Assembly (NCBI GenBank): GCA_965248265.1
Contig: CBDFJF010000001.1
Span: 1,088,001-1,152,000, forward strand
From: Candidatus Latescibacterota bacterium
Lineage (GTDB): Bacteria; Latescibacterota; UBA2968; UBA8231
Length of the DNA: 64,000 nt
Reading direction: 5' to 3'
Shown here: piece by piece, positions 9,397 to 19,590 of the stretch
Layout of the letters: every line of letters starts with the position of its first letter
How positions within the stretch are numbered: the stretch's first letter is position 1
The notes under the pieces: model-generated
Seen by the model: the letters and a program-made list of their open reading frames with translations, nothing else
Told to the model about the DNA's origin: nothing
The model's database searches: none
Translations under genes and position numbers: made by a program

Positions 9397-10338
9397 ATGT
9401 GGCGGGTGCTGGTCACCGCCGTTTCGCTGTGCATGGTCACGTCGGTGGCAGCAGATGAACTGGCAACCATCTATGGCAGTTTCCGCCCAGAGGTTATCGG
9501 TCGCTTCCCGGAAGCTGGGGACAACACGCGGTTGATGGACGACGGCTATTCTCGCGTCGGCGTCAAGGGACAGACCGAGTTATCGAACACACTCCAGGGC
9601 TTTTACAAGTACGAGCGTCGCGTGTCGGCCAACGACGGCGAAGACGATGGCGCTGTGCGTGGGGACAACAACGAGCTGCGCGAGGTCCATGTCGGTCTCA
9701 GCGGCCCTCTGGGCTCGTTGTCGATGGGACGCCACTACGGCCTCTACTACGACTATGTCGATGACGAGTTGGACCGTCACCGAAGCCACTACAGTGATGC
9801 CATCGTCTTCGGTGACCTGTTCGTATCGAACGCGCTCAGTTACCGCTCACCTGAGTTCGCGCTCGGCAACTTCGGGGTTCTCGTCGAATTCAACGATGCA
9901 GACAACCAGGGAAAATCGATAGACGAGCGGATTGAGCTGGCTGGCACACTGCGCCACGGGGCGGGCACCGTGCACGCTGGCTACGTCAGTTCCCCGATCC
10001 ACGAGGGCTTGTACGGTGTCGCCGCTTCGTACGACTATCGCCAGGCGCGTCTGGTCGGGGTATATCAGGCGATCGAACGAGCTGGAGGCGCGGAGGAAAC
10101 CCTCGCGAGCCTGGCTCTGGATGCGAAAATCGACTCCGACCGTTCTGTCCGCGTGGCTCTCACGTCAAAGCGAGACCAGGACGACTCAAACCTGGATCAG
10201 CTATTCGTCATCGTCGGCGGCGACCACCGCTTTTCAGATCATGTTCTCGTCTTCGTTGAGGTCTTCCGAAAATCTACCGAGCGCACACAACCACAAGACG
10301 AATCAACCTTGATCGGTGGAATTCGTTTCGATTTCTAA
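9397..10338 (+). CDS. Gram-negative porin
   Basis: Signal peptide, TIYGS, SRVGVKG, REVHVGLSG..GSLSMGR, C-terminal GIRFDF ending in Phe. Confidence 0.85.
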   Translation: MWRVLVTAVSLCMVTSVAADELATIYGSFRPEVIGRFPEAGDNTRLMDDGYSRVGVKGQTELSNTLQGFYKYERRVSANDGEDDGAVRGDNNELREVHVGLSGPLGSLSMGRHYGLYYDYVDDELDRHRSHYSDAIVFGDLFVSNALSYRSPEFALGNFGVLVEFNDADNQGKSIDERIELAGTLRHGAGTVHAGYVSSPIHEGLYGVAASYDYRQARLVGVYQAIERAGGAEETLASLALDAKIDSDRSVRVALTSKRDQDDSNLDQLFVIVGGDHRFSDHVLVFVEVFRKSTERTQPQDESTLIGGIRFDF

Positions 10339-10341
10339 GCC

Positions 10342-10419
10342 TAGGAGCCTGTCCGAGTATTCGCTTTGATAGGCAATGACGCCCCCGCAGCCCAATTGGG
10401 ATACTCGGACAGGCTCCTA
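10342..10419. repeat. 19-bp perfect inverted repeat (MITE/REP-like element or bidirectional terminator)
   Basis: TAGGAGCCTGTCCGAGTAT (10342-10360) and ATACTCGGACAGGCTCCTA (10401-10419), 40-nt spacer, between convergent genes. Confidence 0.85.
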
Positions 10420-10429
10420 CGGCATCTCC

Positions 10430-11257
10430 TCACTTCGCGGACGAGTCAGGTGAGGCATGGAGGCCGTACACGGCGCGCAGTTGAGCCATCTGCCCGGTAG
10501 TCTCCATGTGACGGATGCCTGAGTTGAAGATATCCCTCAACTCATGACCGAGTTTGCTCTTGGGGAACATCATATAGAAAGGCGTTAAGCGCCCACCCGG
10601 AAGCTCGTCATATGAGAGGTCGTACTCACTTAGCATGGGTTTGCCGATCGAGGAGAATCCGCGTATGATTTCGCAACGTTCTGGTACCAGGTCGCATCGA
10701 CCGCGTTCCAATTTCTGGCCCAACGCGTTGTTGTCTTTGGAGAAGGCGGCGATGTCACTGGGTGCTAATCCGAAGTCGTCATGGTAGTTGTACCCCACGA
10801 GACCGCATACGCTTTACTGCTTGAGATCGTCTTGCCCTTTGATATCGAGGCCATCGGGATGGTGCCGCTTGGCGTAAAAATAGCACGGCGTGGTGTAGTA
10901 ATAAGGATGAGACATCAGGTAGTTCTTTGCTCTTTTCGGGCTATATGACGCGTTGAGGAGTCCGTCGATGCGCTGTCCGTTTTCGACTTCCCGAAGACAT
11001 CGACTCCACGGCATCAGCTCTACCTGAAGTCGGATGTTGTGGGCAGCGAATACCTCGGTCGCGACATCGACGGCGAACCCGACGATTTCAGCTTTGTCCG
11101 TGCTGTCAGACCGATTGAAGTAGGTGTAAGGAGGCCATTCGAGACCGTCGTCGCAGAGACGCACGAGTCGACCTCGAAGCGAAGATGACTCCTCTCCAGT
11201 CAGGAGTTGCGCACTGATGAGGGTCGAAGCCACAAGGATCAGGCCGAGTTTGTTCAC
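10430..11257 (-). pseudogene. Family 3 solute-binding protein interrupted by one in-frame TAA
   Basis: ORFs 10814-11374 and 10430-10798 are in the same frame: ...DDLKQ*SVCGLVGYNY..., stop at 10814-10816. EWPPYTY and MPWSRCL motifs. Confidence 0.82.
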
Positions 11258-11338
11258 AACAGCTTCCCCAGTTTCAGTTCCGATGATGTGTGAAAACATA
11301 CACCGAACGCCCGCGTGCCCCAGCTTCGAGCACCGAGG

Positions 11339-13543
11339 ATGACGGAAGTGGACCACACTACTGCCAATCAGCAATCAGTGAACCCGACGGAATCGAACGT
11401 CAGTCGCAGTATAGCTTTTCGCTTCGGCCTGGCCCTTACGGCGGTCGTATCACTGAGCTTGATCCTGTTCGCTGGCGTTCTCCTCGGTATAGACGTGGTC
11501 CGCAGCGAACAGACGCTCCAGACCAAGCTGGCCAATGCATTGCGTCAGGGCCAGACCAGTTTGGCCGAACCTCTATGGAACGTGGACTCAGACACCGTCC
11601 AACGATTCATCGAAGCAATGATGCTGGACGCCTCGCTCGCATCGGTGACGGTTACGGATGAGGCCAAGGGCGTCGTCGGCCAGGGACGCACGGCGATTGA
11701 GCTCGGTCCGACGCAGCTGCTCACGGGTTCGGTTCCGATCAACTACAATGACACGTTGGTGGGTGAGATCGAGGTGGCCATCTCCAGAGAGGCTCTGGAG
11801 AGCGAGCTGGTGCAGAGGATTGCAGGCGTTCTCCTGCTGACCCTTTTCATTGTCGTGGCGATATCCGCCACAGCGATAGCCTTAACCCGCCGCTACATCG
11901 CCCGCCCATTGTTGAATCTGGAAAATTGCGCCCGCGCCATCGCCGGTGGCGACCTCGAGGTTGCCGTCGACACCAGCTCCGGAGACGAAATCGGCAGCCT
12001 CGCCAAGAGCCTCAATATCATGCGCGCGTCGATCAGGGACCTACTGTCGGCATTGCGCGACAGCAATAAGTCCCTCGAAGACAAGGTCATGGACCGAACC
12101 AACCAGTTGGAGCGGGCTGTCGAGCACGCCGAAGAGGCCCGGGCCCGGGCGGAAGCGGCTAACGTCGCCAAGAGCACGTTTTTGGCCAACATGTCGCACG
12201 AGCTCAGAACACCCCTCAACGTTATTCTTGGATTCGCACAGCTGATGCGTCGTGACCGCGAACTAATTCACAACCACGGCGACACACTGGAAATGATCGA
12301 GAACAGCGGCGCACACCTGCTCACCCTGATCAACGACGTCCTCGACGTCTCAAAAATTGAAGCCGGCCGGCTGACACTCGAAACCGAAGCCGTCGACCTC
12401 CATGATTTGTTGAATGACATCAGAGAGATGTTCGAACTCAGAGCCGCGGAAAAAGATCTGGATCTTGCCGTCGACATTGAGAACGTGGTTCCTCGTTTTG
12501 TCAGAATCGACAAGGGCCGGGTCCGGCAGGTGCTCATCAACCTGGTTGGCAACGCCATCAAGTTCACCACGTCGGGCCACGTCAAACTCCGAGTGGACGC
12601 GTCTCCCGAGGAGTCTTCGGTGCGGCTGGCGTTCGAAATCGGGGATAGCGGCCCAGGCATGTCTTCCGAAGAACTGAACACATTATTCGAACCGTTCATT
12701 CAGGGTGAAGCCGGACGCCAGGCTCAGCAGGGAGCGGGTTTGGGGCTGCACCTGAGCCGGAAGTTCGTAGATCTCATGGGAGGCGATCTCCAAGTCAACA
12801 GCCAGCTAGGGATCGGCTCCACCTTTCAGTTCGAGATCCTGGCGCAGCGTGAAGAGGCTGGCTCAGTCGTAGCGGTAGTCGAAACGCGAAAAGCTGTCAG
12901 CCTCGCCCCGGGCCAGTCCCGGCGACGCGTGCTGATTGTAGAAGACATGCCTGAGAGCCGGATCCTGCTGTCCACCTTCATGAAAGACCTGGGCTTTGAG
13001 ACACGCACGGCAAGCAATGGCCAGGAGGCTGTGGAGATCTGGGACGAATGGCAACCGCATCTGACATGGATGGATATTCGCATGCCTGTGATGAACGGTA
13101 TTGAGGCCACAGAGCGAATCAAGGCGCATCCACGAGGTGGACAGACGAAGGTCATTGCCTTAACGGCCAGCGTGTTCCAAGATGAACGAGAACGCATCCT
13201 GGGCCACGGTTGCGATGACTTCGTGCGCAAGCCCTTTCGCGAGGAAGAGCTTGTCGGCATGCTTGAGAAGCATCTCGATCTGCGGTTCATCTATGTCGAT
13301 AGCCCAAAAATCCCGGAGGAGGAGGTTGTGCTCTCGAATCAGACCCTAAGCCTGCAGGGGCTTAGCGGTGAGTGGATCGACGAGCTGCAGGCCGCAGCGC
13401 GTGGCGCCGACGCCGACAGAATCTACGAACTGCTGGAGCAAAGCCAGACACAACACTCCGATGTTGCTGGTGTCCTGGCCGAATTGGTTCACGGATTCCG
13501 GTTCGACGAGATCTTGAGGCTGACCGAGAAGGAACGCATCTGA
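11339..13543 (+). CDS. Membrane hybrid histidine kinase (2 TM, HAMP, HisKA, HATPase, REC)
   Basis: DEIGSLA HAMP, FLANMSHELRTPLN, NLVGNAIKFT, GAGLGL, WMDIRMP receiver. Confidence 0.93.
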   Translation: MTEVDHTTANQQSVNPTESNVSRSIAFRFGLALTAVVSLSLILFAGVLLGIDVVRSEQTLQTKLANALRQGQTSLAEPLWNVDSDTVQRFIEAMMLDASLASVTVTDEAKGVVGQGRTAIELGPTQLLTGSVPINYNDTLVGEIEVAISREALESELVQRIAGVLLLTLFIVVAISATAIALTRRYIARPLLNLENCARAIAGGDLEVAVDTSSGDEIGSLAKSLNIMRASIRDLLSALRDSNKSLEDKVMDRTNQLERAVEHAEEARARAEAANVAKSTFLANMSHELRTPLNVILGFAQLMRRDRELIHNHGDTLEMIENSGAHLLTLINDVLDVSKIEAGRLTLETEAVDLHDLLNDIREMFELRAAEKDLDLAVDIENVVPRFVRIDKGRVRQVLINLVGNAIKFTTSGHVKLRVDASPEESSVRLAFEIGDSGPGMSSEELNTLFEPFIQGEAGRQAQQGAGLGLHLSRKFVDLMGGDLQVNSQLGIGSTFQFEILAQREEAGSVVAVVETRKAVSLAPGQSRRRVLIVEDMPESRILLSTFMKDLGFETRTASNGQEAVEIWDEWQPHLTWMDIRMPVMNGIEATERIKAHPRGGQTKVIALTASVFQDERERILGHGCDDFVRKPFREEELVGMLEKHLDLRFIYVDSPKIPEEEVVLSNQTLSLQGLSGEWIDELQAAARGADADRIYELLEQSQTQHSDVAGVLAELVHGFRFDEILRLTEKERI

Positions 13544-13546
13544 ATC

Positions 13547-16500
13547 ATGATCAAAGATTTTACTGACATCTTGTGGGTGACGATCTGCGCAGGACTCGTG
13601 TTCCTGATGCAGGCCGGATTTCTGTGCCTCGAAACCGGGCTCACCAGGAGCAAGAACAACATCAATGTCGCGATCAAGAACCTCAGCGATCTCGGCATAT
13701 CGATCGTCCTGTTCTGGGGTTTCGGATTTGCCCTCATGTTTGGTACGACTCACGGCGGCTGGTTCGGATCGCAGCAATTCGTTCCCGATCTTGGGCAGGC
13801 CGGGATGTGGACGGTCGCCTTCTTGCTGTACCAGGCCATGTTTTGCGGCACAGCGATGACGATCCTATCGGGAGCGATCGCCGAGCGCATGCGTTTCAGC
13901 GGCTACATCCTCTCGGCCATCATAGTCTCTGGACTCATCTACCCGGTGTTCGGACACTGGGCCTGGAATGGTGCCGACGTGGGCCAACAACTGGGGTGGC
14001 TGAACAGCCGCGGATTTGTCGATTTTGCCGGAGCCACCGTCGTTCACAGTTTTGGCGGTTGGGTCTCCCTCGCCCTGTTGTTCGTGATCGGTCCTCGCTC
14101 AGGCCGCTTTGCGGCGGAGGGTTCCACGCGCCAGATCCCGGGCGCGAATCTTCCCCTCGCCACCCTCGGCGTCATCTTGCTCTGGCTCGGTTGGTTCGGA
14201 TTCAACGGCGGCAGCACGCTGGGCATGGATGAGCGCGTACCCCGAGTCATCACCAATACGATTTTCGCCGGCGCTTCTGGCCTGGTGACCGCACTGGCAG
14301 CGGGTTGGATTTTCAGAGGTCGCGCCGACGTTCATCTGGTCATCAACGGCTCACTGTCCGGGCTCGTAGCCGTAACAGCGGGTGCCCATGCCGTGACGAC
14401 CCTGAATGCCATACTCATCGGTGCCGGCGGCAGCGTTGCCATGATTTTGGTTGACTATCTGATGCTGCGGCATCGCGTGGACGATGCCGTTGGTGCCGTT
14501 CCCGTCCACCTCGGGGCCGGTATCTGGGGCACCCTGTCACTGGCCTTTTTCGCAGATCTCGGGGCCCTGGGAACGGGTCTGGATCGTTGGGAGCAGTTCC
14601 AGATTCAGGCTATCGGGGTCCTGGCCTGCGGGGTGTGGACCTTCGGGCTTGTCACGATTCTGTTTCGTCTGATCAACCGCTGGTTCAAGTTTCGCGTTTC
14701 AGCGCAAGACGAGCACGTCGGCCTCAACGTCTCCGAACACGGAGCCAGCACCGATCTGCTCGATCTTCTGGACACCATGGACCAGCAGGCGCAAACCGGT
14801 GACATGAGCATGAAGATGCCGGTGGAGCCGTTCACCGAGATCGGTCAGGTCGCCAAGCACTACAACGAAGTGATGGAAGCGCTCCAGAAGACGGTGGCGC
14901 GTACCGAGGGCATCGTGCGCACGGCGATGGACGGTATCATCACCTTTTCTAGAGACTCGCTCTCCATCCTGTCCATCAACCCTGCTGCTGAGGCGATGTT
15001 CGCCTGTTCCGGGCCCGCCGTTGTCGGCGACTCTATCGACAGGTTTCTCGACTCCGAGTCTGCGCAGTCAAACCTCCGATCCAACATCACGTCCATGGTA
15101 AAATCTGGAGTGGCCCGGCGTGTATCCGGTAGGCGTAACGGGGACTCTTTTCCGATGGAAGTCGCGGTCGCTGAAGTGGAAGCAGGTGATGAGGGCTTCT
15201 ACGTCGGTATGTTTCGGGACATGACGGCGCTACAGGAGAGTGAAGCACGCTATCGGAACCTTTTGGACAACATCCCGATTGGCATCTATCGCAACACTCC
15301 AGGGCCCGAAGGCAAGCTACTCATGGCCAATGCAGCTTCGGCAAAGATTTTCGGTTACGACTCCGTGGAGGAATACCAGCAGCAGGACACGAGCTCAAGC
15401 TACAGAAATCCGGAGGAACGCATCGCTTTTTCCGACCGTCTGATCGAGGAAGGCGAGGTTACGGGAGTGGAGCTGGCCTTGCACAAGCAGGACGGTACGC
15501 CGATATGGGTTGCCATCTCGGCGCGCACCATCTACGACGAAAAGGGAAACGTAGCCTACTTCGACGGCATGATCGAGGACATTACCGTGCGCAAAGAGGC
15601 AGAGGATGCCCTGCGTGCGGCCAAGGAGGCTGCTGAAAGCGCCAATCTCGCCAAGAGTACCTTCCTCGCGCGCATGAGTCACGAATTGCGCACGCCCTTG
15701 AATGCCATTCTCGGTTACACGCAGCTCATGAGTCTCGACCGGGGCACGCCACCGCAACACGTGGAGAGCCTGGAGATAGTCGGTCGAAGCGGCGAGCATC
15801 TGCTGGCGTTGATCAACGACGTGCTGGACATGTCTAAAATTGAAGCCGGGCAGGTCGAGCTCAACGAATCCACTTTCGATCTCCATCGATTGTTGGAGGA
15901 TCTGGAGGACCTTTTCCGCGTCAGTGTCTCTGAAAAGGGATTACAGCTGGTGTTTGAACGCCAGGCAGATCTGCCTACTCTGGTATCAACTGATGAGGGC
16001 AAGTTGCGTCAAGTCTTGATCAACTTACTTGGAAATGCCACGAAGTTCACGGTGGAGGGCAGAATCGTTTTGCGCGCTCGAGCGAGACACGACGTGGAAA
16101 ACCTGCGTCTCTACTTCGAGGTCGAGGATACGGGACCCGGTATCTCTGAGGACGATCTGGTGGAGCTGTTCGATCCCTTCGTGCAGATCGAGCACAAGGG
16201 TGGGGCTCAAGAGGGTACAGGGCTGGGCCTGCCGATCAGCCGGCAGTTCGTCCGTATCATGGGAGGCGAGATCACCGTCGACTCCGAGCTTGGTAGCGGC
16301 TCCACATTCAAATTTGACATCGCGACCGGTGTTGGCGAGTCCATAGTTCATCCAGCCTCGCCTCCAGCGCGGCGCGTGCTGGGCCTTGAGGATGGTCAGA
16401 TTCCACGGCGAATACTGGCTGTCGATGACCAGCCTGAGAATGTCCAGTTGCTCCAAGCCATCCTGGAGCGGATCGGATTTGAAGTCCGTGTCGCCACCAA

Positions 16501-17032
16501 CGGCAAGGAAGCGGTGGATGTGTGGGCGGATTGGGAGCCACACCTCATATGGATGGACATCCGCATGCCGGTGATGGATGGCCTTGAGGCCACTCGCAGG
16601 ATAAAGGCATCCCCCCAAGGTCAATCGACCGTCATCGCCGCGCTCACCGCCAGTGTCTTCGAGGAAGAGCGCGCTGAAATCCTGGCCACTGGCTGTGATG
16701 ACTTCGTGCGTAAGCCGTTCACCGAGACGGAGATTCTCGATGTCATCGAGCGCCATCTCGGTGTGAAATTCGTGTACGATGAAAGCGGAGTGCCACCACA
16801 GTTGGGATTGGGTGATCAGGTGTTTGGGGAACAGATAGCTAAGCTGCCCCCACTGTGGATGAATGAAATGCATGGCGCTGCGGCTCAAGCAGATACCGAG
16901 GTGGCGACGACGCTGCTGGGACGGATCGAAGGCGACCATCCAGAAATCTTTCGAACGCTGACAACACTCGTAGGGGAATTCCGTTTCGCCGAGATCATGG
17001 CGTTGACGGAATCCGGGGCTGATGGATCGTGA
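13547..17032 (+). CDS. amt: Ammonium transporter (Amt) fused to PAS-PAS-HisKA-HATPase-REC
   Basis: MQAGF.CLE.G..R.KN, GAIAER, DFAGATVVH, WFGFNGGS, DDAVGAVPVH, then two PAS domains, SHELRTPLN, GTGLGL and a receiver. Confidence 0.93.
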   Translation: MIKDFTDILWVTICAGLVFLMQAGFLCLETGLTRSKNNINVAIKNLSDLGISIVLFWGFGFALMFGTTHGGWFGSQQFVPDLGQAGMWTVAFLLYQAMFCGTAMTILSGAIAERMRFSGYILSAIIVSGLIYPVFGHWAWNGADVGQQLGWLNSRGFVDFAGATVVHSFGGWVSLALLFVIGPRSGRFAAEGSTRQIPGANLPLATLGVILLWLGWFGFNGGSTLGMDERVPRVITNTIFAGASGLVTALAAGWIFRGRADVHLVINGSLSGLVAVTAGAHAVTTLNAILIGAGGSVAMILVDYLMLRHRVDDAVGAVPVHLGAGIWGTLSLAFFADLGALGTGLDRWEQFQIQAIGVLACGVWTFGLVTILFRLINRWFKFRVSAQDEHVGLNVSEHGASTDLLDLLDTMDQQAQTGDMSMKMPVEPFTEIGQVAKHYNEVMEALQKTVARTEGIVRTAMDGIITFSRDSLSILSINPAAEAMFACSGPAVVGDSIDRFLDSESAQSNLRSNITSMVKSGVARRVSGRRNGDSFPMEVAVAEVEAGDEGFYVGMFRDMTALQESEARYRNLLDNIPIGIYRNTPGPEGKLLMANAASAKIFGYDSVEEYQQQDTSSSYRNPEERIAFSDRLIEEGEVTGVELALHKQDGTPIWVAISARTIYDEKGNVAYFDGMIEDITVRKEAEDALRAAKEAAESANLAKSTFLARMSHELRTPLNAILGYTQLMSLDRGTPPQHVESLEIVGRSGEHLLALINDVLDMSKIEAGQVELNESTFDLHRLLEDLEDLFRVSVSEKGLQLVFERQADLPTLVSTDEGKLRQVLINLLGNATKFTVEGRIVLRARARHDVENLRLYFEVEDTGPGISEDDLVELFDPFVQIEHKGGAQEGTGLGLPISRQFVRIMGGEITVDSELGSGSTFKFDIATGVGESIVHPASPPARRVLGLEDGQIPRRILAVDDQPENVQLLQAILERIGFEVRVATNGKEAVDVWADWEPHLIWMDIRMPVMDGLEATRRIKASPQGQSTVIAALTASVFEEERAEILATGCDDFVRKPFTETEILDVIERHLGVKFVYDESGVPPQLGLGDQVFGEQIAKLPPLWMNEMHGAAAQADTEVATTLLGRIEGDHPEIFRTLTTLVGEFRFAEIMALTESGADGS

Positions 17033-18651
17033 GCAATCCAAAGGGCGATGTTCTCATCGTCGACGACACCTTACCCAACCTGCGATTCCTGACCACCATG
17101 CTCAGTGATCAGGGATTCAAGGTGCGCGGAGTTCCCAGTGGGGCAATGGCCATCACGGCTGCCACTTCAGCTCCTCCAGACTTGATTCTTCTCGATGTCA
17201 ACATGCCTGAGATGAACGGGTATGAAGTCTGCGATAGATTGAAATCAGAACCACTGACGGCTGACATTCCAGTCATATTCCTGAGTGCCCTGTCCGACAC
17301 GCTGGACAAGGTAAGGGCGTTCGAAGCCGGCGGCGTAGACTATATCACTAAGCCCTTCCAGCTCGATGAAGTCCTCGCCCGGGTTGACAGTCATCTGTCC
17401 GTGCGACGTCTGCAGGAGCAGTTGGAGCGATCGAATGAGGACCTCGGCCGTCGCGTTGAGGAGCGCACAGCGGAACTAACACAGGCCATTGCCCTGTTGA
17501 AGGAGCAGGTGGCGGAGCGTGAGCGCGCCGAGGCCGAGCGTGCCAAGCTCGAATCTCAGCTCCATCAGGCAGGGAGAATGGAGGCGCTTGGCCGCCTGGC
17601 CGGGGGCGTCGCTCATGATTTCAACAATTGGCTCACGGTGATTTCAGGGTACGCGGAAGTGCTTCACGATGTTAGCCAGGACGACGAAGCCATCCAGGGC
17701 GCCGCGCGTATCCAGCGAGCCGCGGCGCGGGCTGCTGAGTTGACGAAGCAGTTGCTTGCCTTCAGTCGGCAGCAGGTGTTTGAGCCTACTGTGCTTGATC
17801 TGAACCAAGTGGTGTGCAGTGCCGAAGAAATGCTGCAAAGGCTTCTCGGCGACAACATCAAGGTGATCCTGGACCTCGCCCCAGAATTGGGAAAAGTCAG
17901 ATCCGACGCCGGCCAACTGGACCAGGTAATCCTGAACCTCGCCATCAATGCCCGCGACGCCATGCCCAAAGGGGGCGAAATCACCCTGCGAACCCGCAAC
18001 AAGGGTGACTCCTACATCACTCTCGAAGTGCGGGACGTAGGCGTCGGCATGGACGCAGAGACTCAGGCCATGATCTTCGAGCCCTTTTTTACCTCCAAGG
18101 AGCTCGGCAGGGGCACCGGCCTGGGTCTTTCCACCGTACACGGTATCGTGACTCAGAGCGGTGGGAAAATCCAGGTAGATAGTGCACCAGGTACAGGTGC
18201 GGCGTTCACCGTCTACCTACCCCGGGTGGACGATTCGGTGCAGGTAGCGAAATCGTCCTCAGGCGAGATCAGCAGCGTGTGCGGTTCTGAGACGATCATG
18301 GTTGTCGAGGACGAGGAAGACGTACGCGACATGATCTGCGAGCTGCTTCGATCTCAGGGATATTCTGTGCTGGCGGCAGAGAACGGAGCTGAGGCATTGC
18401 AGGTTTGGGAACGCCATGAAGACCCCGTCCACATGCTGCTCACGGATGTTGTGATGCCTTCAATGGGCGGGCCAGAGTTGGCTGACTGGCTGGCACCGCT
18501 GCGCGCACAGATGAAGGTGGTTTTTATTTCTGGCTACCCGGGAGACGATGCGCTGCAGAACCTCCTGGCAAAGTCGGATTTTGCTTTTCTACCCAAACCG
18601 TTCACGCGTACTGCATTGCTAACCAAGGTTCGGGAGAGTCTGAACAGCTAG
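17029..18651 (+). CDS. REC - histidine kinase - REC hybrid (CckA/NtrB-type H-box)
   Basis: LAGGVAHDFNN, NLAINARDAM, GTGLGL, receivers at both ends. GTGA overlap with the amt fusion. Confidence 0.92.
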   Translation: MSNPKGDVLIVDDTLPNLRFLTTMLSDQGFKVRGVPSGAMAITAATSAPPDLILLDVNMPEMNGYEVCDRLKSEPLTADIPVIFLSALSDTLDKVRAFEAGGVDYITKPFQLDEVLARVDSHLSVRRLQEQLERSNEDLGRRVEERTAELTQAIALLKEQVAERERAEAERAKLESQLHQAGRMEALGRLAGGVAHDFNNWLTVISGYAEVLHDVSQDDEAIQGAARIQRAAARAAELTKQLLAFSRQQVFEPTVLDLNQVVCSAEEMLQRLLGDNIKVILDLAPELGKVRSDAGQLDQVILNLAINARDAMPKGGEITLRTRNKGDSYITLEVRDVGVGMDAETQAMIFEPFFTSKELGRGTGLGLSTVHGIVTQSGGKIQVDSAPGTGAAFTVYLPRVDDSVQVAKSSSGEISSVCGSETIMVVEDEEDVRDMICELLRSQGYSVLAAENGAEALQVWERHEDPVHMLLTDVVMPSMGGPELADWLAPLRAQMKVVFISGYPGDDALQNLLAKSDFAFLPKPFTRTALLTKVRESLNS

Positions 18652-18722
18652 CCAACTGCTCGATCTACTGCTTTAATACCTCGATCTGTGCCTCGTAGTC
18701 CTTTGTCATCGCGGACCACTCC
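18481..18722. repeat. Direct repeat copy 1 (REC 3' end plus remnant of the FMN-binding gene 3' end)
   Basis: 18481-18651 is colinear with 28625-28795 (about 13 mismatches in 171 nt by manual count). 18653-18722 matches about 28834-28903. Confidence 0.9.
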
Positions 18723-18844
18723 AGATTGGCTTCGTCTGGGGGATAGGTGGAAGCAAGCGGAACACACTGGAACACAGAGGAATCTTCCAGTGCGTTTTCA
18801 GAGGGCTCTGTGGTAGAAGCGTGCATGGATCTTAGCCAGATGTT

Positions 18845-19590
18845 CTACGCAGCCCTGGTCACGACCTTTGGCTGGAACACAGGCCGCAGATCTTTTGGGA
18901 ACAGGTGGCTATATGTCTTCAGCGTGATCGACGGGTTTGCATGGCGCAGCTGTGCGGAGACCTGTACGATGGACGCGCCATCCGCGATCGGCAAGCTTGC
19001 CGTAGTATGGCGGATCTCGTGCGGAGTTCGTGGCTCGATCTCCGCCGACTCGAAGAGCCGCTTCAACTTGTGCGCTTCATTGCGATGCGATAAGGGCGAG
19101 CCATCAGGCTGACACCACATCAGGCCGGTCTTGGGGGACTTTTTCAGGCCGCGCCGGGTGACCTCCCCTTGGCAGTGGAGTTCCAAGGCTTCGACCGTAC
19201 CCGGGGACAATGCGACTCGTCCATCGCGAATTGCCCTTCGGCGAGGCAAGGTGCCATCGCGCACCAGCTGCTCCTGCACATCGTACTGACCGTCTGCCAA
19301 GTGCTCCCACGTCGCACCCAACAACTCTCCCTGCCGTAGCCGGTATCCAACCAGAAGCGATAATGGCCGTACAGGAACGGCTCGTGCGCTTGGAGGTACA
19401 GCAAGGGGAAGGATTCGACTTCCTCCGGGCTCAGTGGCTTCTTGCGGCCCTGTGGGCGGTCGGAGGTTTAGCGAACACCTTGTCGAACGGGTTGCGCACG
19501 ACAAAATCTCTGGCCAAGGCCCACCTAACGAGGTTCTTCAACCGCACCCAGACGTGTTGCACCTGTCCCGCAGCGTAAATCGCCTCACAA
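18845..19590 (-). pseudogene. Tyrosine recombinase/integrase remnant, frameshifted and N-truncated
   Basis: Pieces in three frames: ...VRWALARDFVVRNPFDKV / PLSPEEV..FWLDTG / LRQGELLG..HEIRHT..LRHANPSITLKTYSH (R, HxxR, H, Y catalytic motifs). Confidence 0.85.
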
